Positions 1-8,556 of a DNA stretch of 37,260 bases are shown here, piece by piece. A program made the translations under genes and the position numbers. Numbering within the stretch: the stretch's first letter is position 1; every line of letters begins with the position of its first letter. The DNA is from Candidatus Zixiibacteriota bacterium (lineage in GTDB: Bacteria; Zixibacteria; MSB-5A5; UBA10806; 4484-95), in contig JAOZPT010000022.1 in assembly GCA_029932605.1 (NCBI GenBank), forward strand, positions 1-37,260. The letters run 5' to 3'. The notes beneath the pieces were generated by a model. The model did not search any database. It saw nothing but the letters and a program-made list of their open reading frames with translations, and was not told the origin of the DNA.

Positions 1-2
1 CC

Positions 3-581
3 GTTAAAAAACAGAGGTTGATTCATACAGCCCAGCGATTATTTGGCCGTTTTGGTTTTAAGAAAACGACGATAGAGGAGATTATACGTTTAACCAGAAT
101 AGCGAAGGGGACTTTTTATAAATATTTTCCGAACAAAGAAGCTTTATTTCTGGAGATTGTTAAAGAGGAAAGTGCCAACCTGATTTCAGCTATACGTAAG
201 GCAGTAGCTCGGTCTTCAAACTCGCAGGAGAAAATGAAGTATTATATTGCAACCAAGGTTAGTAAGATCATCGAGCTGGTCAATTTTCATCAGATAACAA
301 GGGAGAATATTGACGAATATTGGCCTCACATTGAGGAGGTCAGGGAAAACTATTTAAACGAGGAGCAAAAAATTGTCCATGAGATCATCATTAATGGCAT
401 ATCAAACGGGGAATTTGAGGTAACCAATCCGGAACTTACTGCTTATGTGATTGTTATGACAATAGAGGGACTTGAGTCAACCTGGAGGATTAAAACTAGT
501 CCTATGGAACTTGGGGAAGCAATAGATCTTTTTCTCAACATTCTATTTCGAGGGATACTAAAAAATAAATTTCAACCTTAA
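3..581 (+). CDS. TetR/AcrR family transcriptional regulator (probably starts before the window)
   Basis: N-terminal HTH motif FGRFGFKKTTIEEIIRLTRIAKGTFYKYFPNKEALF. The frame is open upstream of the TTG at 18 (V-K-K-Q-R-L-I-H) to the window edge. Confidence 0.9.
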   Translation, partial: VKKQRLIHTAQRLFGRFGFKKTTIEEIIRLTRIAKGTFYKYFPNKEALFLEIVKEESANLISAIRKAVARSSNSQEKMKYYIATKVSKIIELVNFHQITRENIDEYWPHIEEVRENYLNEEQKIVHEIIINGISNGEFEVTNPELTAYVIVMTIEGLESTWRIKTSPMELGEAIDLFLNILFRGILKNKFQP

Positions 582-628
582 GATAAAAGATTTTGTAATT
601 TAACGTTTAAACATGGAGGTGATTTAAG

Positions 629-2089
629 ATGAACATTTTAAATGCAATACCTCATCGGGCTGAGGTTGTTGTCCTCAAATTTTTAACATCAGCATCGCTT
701 CTCAGGCCAACTGTATTTAGATTCCTTGAGCAGGTCGCTTACCATGAGATAGTAAAGTTAAAAAATAAAGATGCTCTCGAGCAAGTTCAGTATGACAAGT
801 TAGCTATGGTGAAGGCTATGATTCACTCTGGTGAAGTAGGTCTTTCACGAGGACTTATTGGCCCAAATGCACGTGATAGGGTAGCCGATATTCTGCTGGG
901 AAAGATTATGTACAAACCACAGGAAACGCTTCAGCGGTTTTTTGAGAAACATGGTATGAATCCACCCGGTTTCATAGTTATAAGTCCTACTGCACGATGT
1001 AATCTGAAATGTAAGGGTTGTTATGCAGGAAGTGATGCCTCTCGGAGAGCTACACTGCCGTATAGTATTCTGGACAGAATATTAAATGAAAAGTTGAAGC
1101 TCTGGGGAAGTCATTTCACGGTGGTCTCCGGTGGAGAACCTTTTCTCTACAAAGATGATGGTAAGACCTTACTGGATATATTTGAAAAGCACTTAGACCA
1201 ATATTTTTTGGTTTATACAAATGGGACTCTGATCACTCCTGATGTAGCCCAGAGGCTTAGTGAACTTGGAAATGTCACACCAGCTATTTCAGTTGAGGGA
1301 ATGGAAAAGGAGACGGATGACCGTCGCGGCAAAGGGGTTTTCAAACGTATTCTGAAAACCTTCGAAAACCTGCGTCGTGTGGGTGTTCCTTTTGGAATAT
1401 CGACCACTGCATTTAGGCATAATGCCGAACGCATTCAGGATGACGAGTTTATAAACTTCTTCTTTGAACAACAGGGTGCCTTGTATCAATGGATCTTCCA
1501 GTATATGCCTATTGGCCGCAGTTTCACGTTAGAGATGATGGTAACACCGGAACAACGTCTGCGCATGTATAAACGCACCTGGGAGTTGGTTCGTAAGAGA
1601 AAGCTTTTTGTTGCTGATTTCTGGAACTCGGGCACTGTATCCGATGGGTGTATCGCCGCTGGAGGTGGATATGGCAGTGGCTACTTCTATATTGATTGGA
1701 ACGGATCGGTTGCCCCTTGCGCTTTCAATCCTTTTTCAATGCACAACATCAAAGAGGTCTATGCCGCCGGAGGTGATCTGAATACCGTGTTTTTTTCTCC
1801 GCTGTTTATAGAGGTTCGGAACTGGCAGAGAGAATATTTTTACGACAGGCCTGTATACGAGAAGGGAAATCTAATTGTCCCTTGCCCTATTCGGGATCAT
1901 CATCGAAGGATGCGAGCTATTATCGATAAAGTCCATGCTAAGCCCATTGATGAGGACGGTGCCAAGGCATTAAAAGACGCGTCATATGGCAAGGGGCTGG
2001 CTGAATACGGGGATAAGGTCGGACGTCTATCCTGTTCTCTCTGGGAGAAACATTATTTGGTCTATGAACAAAGGAAAATGGCAGGGTAA
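629..2089 (+). CDS. Radical SAM protein with a SPASM/twitch-like C-terminal domain, function unknown
   Basis: CNLKCKGC (CX3CX2C), SGGEP, YTNGT and ISVEG motifs. C-terminal cysteines lie in GCIAAG, PCAF and PCP. GGAGGT RBS upstream. Confidence 0.9.
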   Translation: MNILNAIPHRAEVVVLKFLTSASLLRPTVFRFLEQVAYHEIVKLKNKDALEQVQYDKLAMVKAMIHSGEVGLSRGLIGPNARDRVADILLGKIMYKPQETLQRFFEKHGMNPPGFIVISPTARCNLKCKGCYAGSDASRRATLPYSILDRILNEKLKLWGSHFTVVSGGEPFLYKDDGKTLLDIFEKHLDQYFLVYTNGTLITPDVAQRLSELGNVTPAISVEGMEKETDDRRGKGVFKRILKTFENLRRVGVPFGISTTAFRHNAERIQDDEFINFFFEQQGALYQWIFQYMPIGRSFTLEMMVTPEQRLRMYKRTWELVRKRKLFVADFWNSGTVSDGCIAAGGGYGSGYFYIDWNGSVAPCAFNPFSMHNIKEVYAAGGDLNTVFFSPLFIEVRNWQREYFYDRPVYEKGNLIVPCPIRDHHRRMRAIIDKVHAKPIDEDGAKALKDASYGKGLAEYGDKVGRLSCSLWEKHYLVYEQRKMAG

Positions 2090-2283
2090 AAGCAAAATAA
2101 AACGGTGAGGGGGGAAATAGTATCTAATGCAACTTTCGTTGGTAGATGGGGATACCTGTAAACCTCCTAATGTATTTTGTAGCTGGTGTATATACTTATG
2201 AACCAGTATGGGTTTTTGTTAGCAGATGCGGACAAGCACCAACTACATGAAGTATGAGTTCTCATAGGTTTTTGAATTACAAT

Positions 2284-2357
2284 TAGCGGCGCAGGGACTC
2301 GAACCCCGGACACGAGGATTATGATTCCTCTGCTCTGACCAACTGAGCTACGCCGCC
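2284..2357 (-). tRNA. tRNA-Met (anticodon CAT), elongator type; CCA not encoded
   Basis: Reverse complement GGCGGCGTAGCTCAGTTGGTCAGAGCAGAGGAATCATAATCCTCGTGTCCGGGGTTCGAGTCCCTGCGCCGCTA folds as a cloverleaf, with anticodon stem GAGGA/TCCTC and a GTTCGA T-loop. It lacks the three consecutive G-C anticodon-stem pairs of initiator tRNA. Ile2 identity cannot be strictly excluded. Confidence 0.93.
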
Positions 2358-2367
2358 ACATGGTGCC

Positions 2368-2395
2368 AATTTATTTCTTGTTCAAAAATTGTCAA
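2368..2395 (-). promoter_or_regulatory. sigma70-type promoter for tRNA-Met
   Basis: Minus strand TTGACA-N16-TAAATT followed by GC-rich GGCACC, about 10 nt before the tRNA. Confidence 0.55.
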
Positions 2396-2429
2396 GAAAT
2401 TCTTTCTTTAATTATATCGGCATATTTAA

Positions 2430-2457
2430 TTGACTTATTTTTCATTTTCGTTATATT
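2430..2457 (+). promoter_or_regulatory. Putative sigma70 promoter for the aminotransferase gene, divergent from the tRNA
   Basis: TTGACT-N16-TATATT. Confidence 0.4.
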
Positions 2458-2527
2458 TTTATAAGTCGGATGGGATAATTTATCAGTATTAAATATGTTC
2501 AAGTTAAAATATTAAAACGAGGAAGTC

Positions 2528-3979
2528 ATGATGGGTTTAAAAAATTTTAAAGAAAGCATCGGCAACGGTATTTCCAGACGTAAGTTTATAAGTACTGCTG
2601 CCGGGGGTACAGCCATTGCCTTGTTCAGACCGTCGATTGCTTTAGCAACCCATACTCCTGACCATTTTCTTTTAAATGATTATGTTGGTCGGTTATGTTA
2701 CAATGAAAACCCCCTTGGGCCTTCTCCCAAGGCGATCACGGCTATGAAAGAACAAATCCATATGGGCCACCGCTATACCGATTGGTTTGCTGATTCTTTA
2801 AGAAGCAAGCTGGGCGATCTGCATGGAGTATCTTCGTCTAAAGTAATTGCTGGTGGTGGGGCAACTGAGATCCTTCGCCTTTGTGCCTATGCCTTTGCTG
2901 ACCCCGATGGTAACGTTGTCTGTCCGTATCCATCGTATGGTCAGTTTGCCTCCGATTCTAATTTCGTTGGGGCGGAAGTAAGGTATTCAGATCTTGATGG
3001 CAACTACAGAATCGATCTTGATGATATGGCTTCGCGTGTTGACGACAATACTTCAGCTGTGTGTATTACAAATCCTAATAATCCTACTGCTACTGTTTTA
3101 GCTGCTAATGATATTGAAAATTTTGTAAACAGTCTTCCTCACCATGTTGTTACCATTATCGATGAAGCTTACCATGAATATGTTGACGACCCATCTTATC
3201 AAACAGCTATGGAGTTAGTACTTCAGGATAAAAAAGTAGTTGTTATTCGGACCTTTTCCAAGGTTTTTGGTCTTGCGGGAGTACGTATAGGATATGCAGT
3301 TGGAATTAGTAGTTTGATATCTGCGTTAAGATCCTGGCAGTATTATGCAACTGTCTCAAGGTTGGCTCTTGAGGCGGCCAAATCTGCCCTTGATGATAGC
3401 CAACATGTCACCGATACGGTAGAACTGAATACGATGGCCAAACAATTTTGCTTTGATAGCTTCGACTCGATGGGCTTGGAGTATATCCCCTCCCAGACTA
3501 ATTACTTTATGGTTGATGTTAACCAACCTGCCAGTAATGTTGCTGGCCAGCTTGCTCAGAGAGGCATTAGAGTGCGAACAGGTTGGGGAATGCCCAACCA
3601 TTTGCGTGTTTCAACGGGCACAATGGAAGAGATGCAGGATTTTGTTAACGCTCTAAATGAAATCCTTAACCCCTTGAGTAAAATGTCGCCTTTAACCCCA
3701 ATGATAACAACTCTTGAGGGTAACTATCCGAATCCTTTTAATGGTTCTACCCATATCGAATATTCGATAGCCAAGGGTGGGCATGTTTTATTGCAGATAT
3801 TTAACATCCAGGGACAACTTGTAAAAACGGTTGTTGATGAATATAAGTTCCCCGGAAATTACGCCTTTGACTGGAATGGTAAAAATCAGAGTGGAGCTCC
3901 GGTGGCTTCGGGATCGTATTTTTATAAGTTGACTTCAGGAGACTTTACCCAGACAAGAAGGATGATACTGGTAAAGTAA
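2528..3979 (+). CDS. HisC-like class I/II PLP aminotransferase with a Tat signal peptide and a C-terminal FlgD-Ig/T9SS-type sorting domain
   Basis: SRRKFI twin-arginine motif, h-region and ALA cleavage site. HisC-family motifs NENPLG, NPNNPT, DEAY and RTFSKVFGLAGVRIG (PLP lysine). C-terminus NYPNPFN...IFNIQGQLVK...WNGKN..G..VASGSYFYKL...RRMILVK. Confidence 0.88.
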   Translation: MMGLKNFKESIGNGISRRKFISTAAGGTAIALFRPSIALATHTPDHFLLNDYVGRLCYNENPLGPSPKAITAMKEQIHMGHRYTDWFADSLRSKLGDLHGVSSSKVIAGGGATEILRLCAYAFADPDGNVVCPYPSYGQFASDSNFVGAEVRYSDLDGNYRIDLDDMASRVDDNTSAVCITNPNNPTATVLAANDIENFVNSLPHHVVTIIDEAYHEYVDDPSYQTAMELVLQDKKVVVIRTFSKVFGLAGVRIGYAVGISSLISALRSWQYYATVSRLALEAAKSALDDSQHVTDTVELNTMAKQFCFDSFDSMGLEYIPSQTNYFMVDVNQPASNVAGQLAQRGIRVRTGWGMPNHLRVSTGTMEEMQDFVNALNEILNPLSKMSPLTPMITTLEGNYPNPFNGSTHIEYSIAKGGHVLLQIFNIQGQLVKTVVDEYKFPGNYAFDWNGKNQSGAPVASGSYFYKLTSGDFTQTRRMILVK

Positions 3980-3993
3980 GTTAGAATTATTGT

Positions 3994-4084
3994 TGGACTG
4001 CACCCCCTAATTCTGGACTGTTTAGGTTAGAATTGTCTGATCGTTTTCAGTATATTCCTTGTGCTGAATCTCAAACTCCTCGCT
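3994..4084 (-). mobile_element. Remnant of an IS3-family (IS150-like) element: terminal inverted repeat plus the last codons of a transposase
   Basis: TGGACTGCACCCCCTAATTCTGGAC resembles IS150-group ends (TG.ACTGCACCC...GGAC). The minus strand reads S-E-E-F-E-I-Q-H-K-E-Y-T-E-N-D-Q-T-I-L-T-stop just inside it, similar to the (S)PxEFE tail of IS3 OrfB. Confidence 0.55.
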
Positions 4085-4263
4085 AGATATTCTTACCTTT
4101 TAATCCAATCTCAAGAGTTCACTTCACCTTGTATTTAATATACTTTAAATTTACTATGCAACATCTAAAACATTAAAGCCCTATCCTACACACGCCGAAG
4201 TCATATATAACAAAAGAGATTATAGAGATTTTAATGTTAAACTAACTATAAGGGAATGCCTGT

Positions 4264-5673
4264 ATGCCCACTCATATAATGGTTGTCGATGATGAAGACA
4301 GCATGTGCGAGTTCATGCGTATTATGCTTTCTAAAGAAGGCTACGATGTTACCGCCGACACCTCGGCCAGCCACGCTCTTGAAACCCTGAGCAAAACACA
4401 GAAATCCGATGACAAAGTCGATTTGGTGATTGCTGATTTGATGATGCCGGAGATGTCTGGGATTGAACTTTTGACAAAGGCTAAATCAATCGATGTGGGG
4501 CTGGATTTCATTGTCATGACCGCTTTTGCTTCGGTGGAGACGGCTATTGAGGCTCTTAAGAAAGGCGCTTTCGATTATGTCACGAAGCCGTTTAAGATCG
4601 ATGAGGTCAAGATCGCTATTAAGAAGATCGAAGAACGTAAAAGAATAAAATCTGAGAACCTAATGCTAAAAAAACAACTTCACTGCGACTTCGAAAGTTT
4701 TATAACAAACGACCCCAAGGTAAAAAGAATATTACATCTGGCAAAGAAAGTTGCTAATTCGGATACGACTATATTGATTCTTGGTGAATCAGGTGTTGGT
4801 AAAGAAGTTTTGGCCAAAGCGATTCGCTCGGAGAGCAACCGAGCTGATAAAGCTTTTGTCTCGGTGAATTGTGGTGCCCTTCCTGAGAACCTGCTTGAAT
4901 CAGAACTCTTTGGTCATGTGAGAGGAGCCTTTACCGGTGCTGTCAAAGATAAACAGGGATTGTTTGCGGTGGCTGATAAGGGAACGATATTTTTAGATGA
5001 AATAGGGGAAACCTCACCTGCTATTCAGGTTAAGCTCCTGCGGGCACTTGAGGAAAAAATAATTACACCTGTGGGAAGCACTAAAAGCATGTGTATCGAT
5101 GTTAGGATTATTGCTGCTACTAATGCCAACCTGGAAAAGAGAGTTAAAAAAGGAGAATTCCGGCCTGATCTTTATTATCGATTGAATGTTTTTCCTATAA
5201 CAATTCCACCATTACGTGATAGACCAGCAGATATTGAGCTTTTAGCTAATTATTTTCTCAAAAGACACTGTGCCAGGATGGAAATCCCTGAAAAAAAGAT
5301 CGTTCCTGAGACGATGGCCTTGTTAAAATCATATAGTTGGCCAGGGAATATACGACAATTGGAAAATGTGTTGGAACGAGCGATAATTTTAGCCAAAGGT
5401 TCAGCAATTTTGCCATCAGATATACCTGAACTTGTTGAAAAATCTATGGAGAATAGAATAACTGGTGTATCATCCGATAGCTTGACCGTATTATCGAAAC
5501 TATCTCCTGACCTGGATACCATTGAGAAAGCCTATATTTACTACATATTATCTGAGAATAACTGGCATAAGTCAAAAGTAGCTAAGCTCTTGGGAATTGA
5601 TACTTCGACTTTATACCGCAAGATCGAACGCTACGGTTTACAACCCCCGGTAATAGAAACAAAAGGGATATAA
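4264..5673 (+). CDS. NtrC/PilR-like sigma54-dependent response regulator (REC, AAA+, Fis HTH)
   Basis: VVDDE and DLMMP receiver motifs, GESGVGKE Walker A, GAFTGA, FLDEIGE, WPGNIRQLEN, and LGIDTSTLYRKI HTH. Confidence 0.95.
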   Translation: MPTHIMVVDDEDSMCEFMRIMLSKEGYDVTADTSASHALETLSKTQKSDDKVDLVIADLMMPEMSGIELLTKAKSIDVGLDFIVMTAFASVETAIEALKKGAFDYVTKPFKIDEVKIAIKKIEERKRIKSENLMLKKQLHCDFESFITNDPKVKRILHLAKKVANSDTTILILGESGVGKEVLAKAIRSESNRADKAFVSVNCGALPENLLESELFGHVRGAFTGAVKDKQGLFAVADKGTIFLDEIGETSPAIQVKLLRALEEKIITPVGSTKSMCIDVRIIAATNANLEKRVKKGEFRPDLYYRLNVFPITIPPLRDRPADIELLANYFLKRHCARMEIPEKKIVPETMALLKSYSWPGNIRQLENVLERAIILAKGSAILPSDIPELVEKSMENRITGVSSDSLTVLSKLSPDLDTIEKAYIYYILSENNWHKSKVAKLLGIDTSTLYRKIERYGLQPPVIETKGI

Positions 5674-5823
5674 GTTAATCCTTGTAGATTTAACGCTCAA
5701 TGGATGGTGGTTAATGCGCAGGGAAATATACCAACAACGAATCCACATTAAAAAAACCACTTGAAAATCTTCTGATTTTGTTCTAAAAAGGCTTGCAATG
5801 AATAAAAACAGCTTCCGGAATAG

Positions 5824-7596
5824 ATGCTCGTGATAAAGAAGCTTCCAGAACATTTAATCGACAAAATAGCCGCCGGCGAGGTTGTTGAAAATCCTGCCTC
5901 GGTTGTCAAAGAACTTATTGAAAACTCCCTCGATTCCGGTGCCAGGACACTTGATTTGACGATTCAGCGGGGGGGGACCAAACTTATCCGCCTGATGGAT
6001 GATGGTTGTGGTATTCCTTCCGACCAGGTGAGACTGGCTTTTGCCCGCCATGCAACCTCCAAGATAAATGATGAATCAGACCTGAGAGCTATATCAAGTT
6101 ACGGTTTCCGCGGCGAGGCTCTTCCAGCTATCGCCTCCGTCTCAATTGTTGAGATGGTCACCGCTACCAAGAATTCAAGCGAGGGAACGAGAATCGTTAT
6201 TGAGGGTGGAAATGAAACAGTCTTTGAGACCGCTCAACCTTATCCGGGAACGGTTGTGACCGTAAAACAACTGTTTTATAATGTTCCTGCCCGACGGAAA
6301 TTCCTTAAATCAGATTCATCTGAGGTTCGTAAAGTAGTAGCTGTTTTCTCCAAATACGCTGTTAGCGGTTATAAAATCAAAATGAAACTGAATTCTAATG
6401 AAAAAGAGGTAGTTAACTTTCCCGCTGATGACAACCTGATTGACAGGTTAGAGAAATTATGGGGTGCTAGAGTTGGTTCAAAACTCATAGAGATTGACAG
6501 CAAGCCCACTGATGGACTTCATATTCACGGTTTTACCTCTCGTCCTGAGATAAACCGTGGCAATCGAAATCAAATATATATCGTCGTCAATGGCCGTCCT
6601 GTATACGATGTCACTTTGATGCATGCTGTTCGTTCGGGTTACGGCAATGCTCTTGACTCGGGCTTTTTCCCGCTGGCTGCAATCTTTATCGATATTGAAC
6701 CATCGGCAGTCGATGTCAATGTGCATCCGGCAAAGACCGAGGTCAGGTTTGCCGATGAAAGGTTTTTGTATTCCCAGATTAAAAGGATTGTGGAGGCGGC
6801 GATAAAGGTGCCGGTGCTATTTACAGTTCAATCTTCATCCAAACCAGAAACTAATTTTAAGACCATGGTCAAGAAAGTCCCCCAACATATTGAGTCTATC
6901 AAAACCTTTGATAGACGACCGACCATGGTTGTTAAGGACAATCACCACGGCAGTTCTTTGAAGGATGTTGGGAAAGTAGAGAATATATATGAGGAAGTGC
7001 CTGCTGGGGTTGAGGAGGAACTTGACCTTGGAGGAGAAAGATTCTGGCAATTATATAATACGTTTATTATGGGTTTCCGCGATGGTAAGATCTGGATGAT
7101 TGACCAGCATACGGCTCATGAAAGGGTTCTTTATGAAGCGGCTATGAATAGTCTTTATGAAAGACCGGGAACCTCGCAAAGGCTTCTTTTTGAATTGACT
7201 GTTGAGCTTGAACTGCAGGATATGGAAATATTTGAAAAACACATCGACCTTTTCAGGCGTCTTGGGTTTGAACTTGAGCCCTTTGGCCAGAAGGCGATTA
7301 TTATAAGAGGTGTTCCCGGCTATTTTGAAAGCTCTGGGATTGAGAAAATTTTCAGAGATTTGCTCGATGGTTTCGCAGATAGCTTGTCGACTGGAGAAGC
7401 TCCGATGATGGCATTGGCATCCTCCGTTGCATGTCATGCCGCAATAAAATCTGGTGAAATCCTTACCCAAGAACAGATGAAAGGGCTGTTCAATAGACTT
7501 TTCGAATGTGAAGATCCTTACCGATGTCCTCATGGCCGGCCCACGGTTGCCACTTTATCCAGGGAAGACCTGGATAAAATATTCAAACGTCGATGA
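5824..7596 (+). CDS. mutL: DNA mismatch repair endonuclease MutL
   Basis: KIAAGEVV, KELIENSLD, GFRGEAL, DVNVHPAKTEVRF, the DQHTAHERVLYE endonuclease motif and CPHGRP. Confidence 0.98.
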   Translation: MLVIKKLPEHLIDKIAAGEVVENPASVVKELIENSLDSGARTLDLTIQRGGTKLIRLMDDGCGIPSDQVRLAFARHATSKINDESDLRAISSYGFRGEALPAIASVSIVEMVTATKNSSEGTRIVIEGGNETVFETAQPYPGTVVTVKQLFYNVPARRKFLKSDSSEVRKVVAVFSKYAVSGYKIKMKLNSNEKEVVNFPADDNLIDRLEKLWGARVGSKLIEIDSKPTDGLHIHGFTSRPEINRGNRNQIYIVVNGRPVYDVTLMHAVRSGYGNALDSGFFPLAAIFIDIEPSAVDVNVHPAKTEVRFADERFLYSQIKRIVEAAIKVPVLFTVQSSSKPETNFKTMVKKVPQHIESIKTFDRRPTMVVKDNHHGSSLKDVGKVENIYEEVPAGVEEELDLGGERFWQLYNTFIMGFRDGKIWMIDQHTAHERVLYEAAMNSLYERPGTSQRLLFELTVELELQDMEIFEKHIDLFRRLGFELEPFGQKAIIIRGVPGYFESSGIEKIFRDLLDGFADSLSTGEAPMMALASSVACHAAIKSGEILTQEQMKGLFNRLFECEDPYRCPHGRPTVATLSREDLDKIFKRR

Positions 7597-8510
7597 AATA
7601 TATTATAATTTGTGGTCCAACCTGTTCGGGCAAGACAACCCTTGGCATAAAATTAGCCTTTCGTTATAATGGCGAGTTAGTAGGCGCCGATTCCCGTCAG
7701 ATATACAAGCATATAAACATCGGAACCGCAAAACCCACACCTGACGAGTATAAAAAAATCAAATATCATCTTATAGATTTTTTAGAGCTGACCGAAGAGT
7801 TCTCAGCCTATGAGTATGCTAATCTTGCCCGTAACATGATTGATGCCATCACGAAAAGGGGAAAGGTGCCAATTGTGGTTGGTGGCACAGGCCTTTATTT
7901 AAAAGCACTTACCGAGGGATTGTTCGAGTCCCCCAAACCGGATTATCGATATCGTGAAAAGCTGGAAAAAATCTGTGAGGAGAAGGGGTCTGAATTCTTG
8001 CATAAAGAACTGGCTGAGATCGACCCCGAGTCAGCATCGAAAATCAAACCAACTGATAAGGTGCGTCTCGTAAGAGCTCTTGAGGTATACAAACTAACCG
8101 GCAAGCCTATATCAGAGTTACAAAAAAAAGGTGTATATAAAAAAAACGATGGCCCGTTATGGCTGGCCTTAGCTCCTCCACGAAAAACCCTTTATGAAAA
8201 CATAAATAAACGGGTTGATGAAATGTTTGTTAGAGGATTTGAAAGAGAGGTTGTTGACTTAAAACCATACATTGAAACTTTGAGAAAAAAAAAGGTGCTC
8301 GGTTATTCTGATATGATAGAATATCTTTTTGATAAAACTATTACAAGACAACAGGCAATAGACAAAATCAAACAACGTCACCGCAATTATGCAAAAAGGC
8401 AGATGACATGGTTTCGCAAACTTCCTGATTTAAGATGGTTTGACCCTTTTGGGAAAGGTTACTTAGATAAAGTTTATGGAATTTGTGACGAATATTTGAA
8501 AAAAGCTTGA
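7593..8510 (+). CDS. miaA: tRNA dimethylallyltransferase
   Basis: GPTCSGKT, ADSRQIY, GTAKP, VGGTGLY and YAKRQMTWFR. ATGA overlap with mutL. Confidence 0.98.
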   Translation: MKYIIICGPTCSGKTTLGIKLAFRYNGELVGADSRQIYKHINIGTAKPTPDEYKKIKYHLIDFLELTEEFSAYEYANLARNMIDAITKRGKVPIVVGGTGLYLKALTEGLFESPKPDYRYREKLEKICEEKGSEFLHKELAEIDPESASKIKPTDKVRLVRALEVYKLTGKPISELQKKGVYKKNDGPLWLALAPPRKTLYENINKRVDEMFVRGFEREVVDLKPYIETLRKKKVLGYSDMIEYLFDKTITRQQAIDKIKQRHRNYAKRQMTWFRKLPDLRWFDPFGKGYLDKVYGICDEYLKKA

Positions 8511-8556
8511 CATATAAGGCCAATAGTTTTATATGCAACAAGTTATGGGAAAAGGT

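Noticed and set aside
2167..2361. 64-aa minus-strand ORF
   Set aside because: It is a translation through the tRNA-Met gene.
2528..3979. Calling this gene the biosynthetic hisC
   Set aside because: The export signal, the sorting domain and the absence of other his genes argue against a cytoplasmic histidine role.
7593..8556. No hfq after mutL-miaA
   Set aside because: The miaA-hfq linkage is lineage-limited, so its absence is ordinary.
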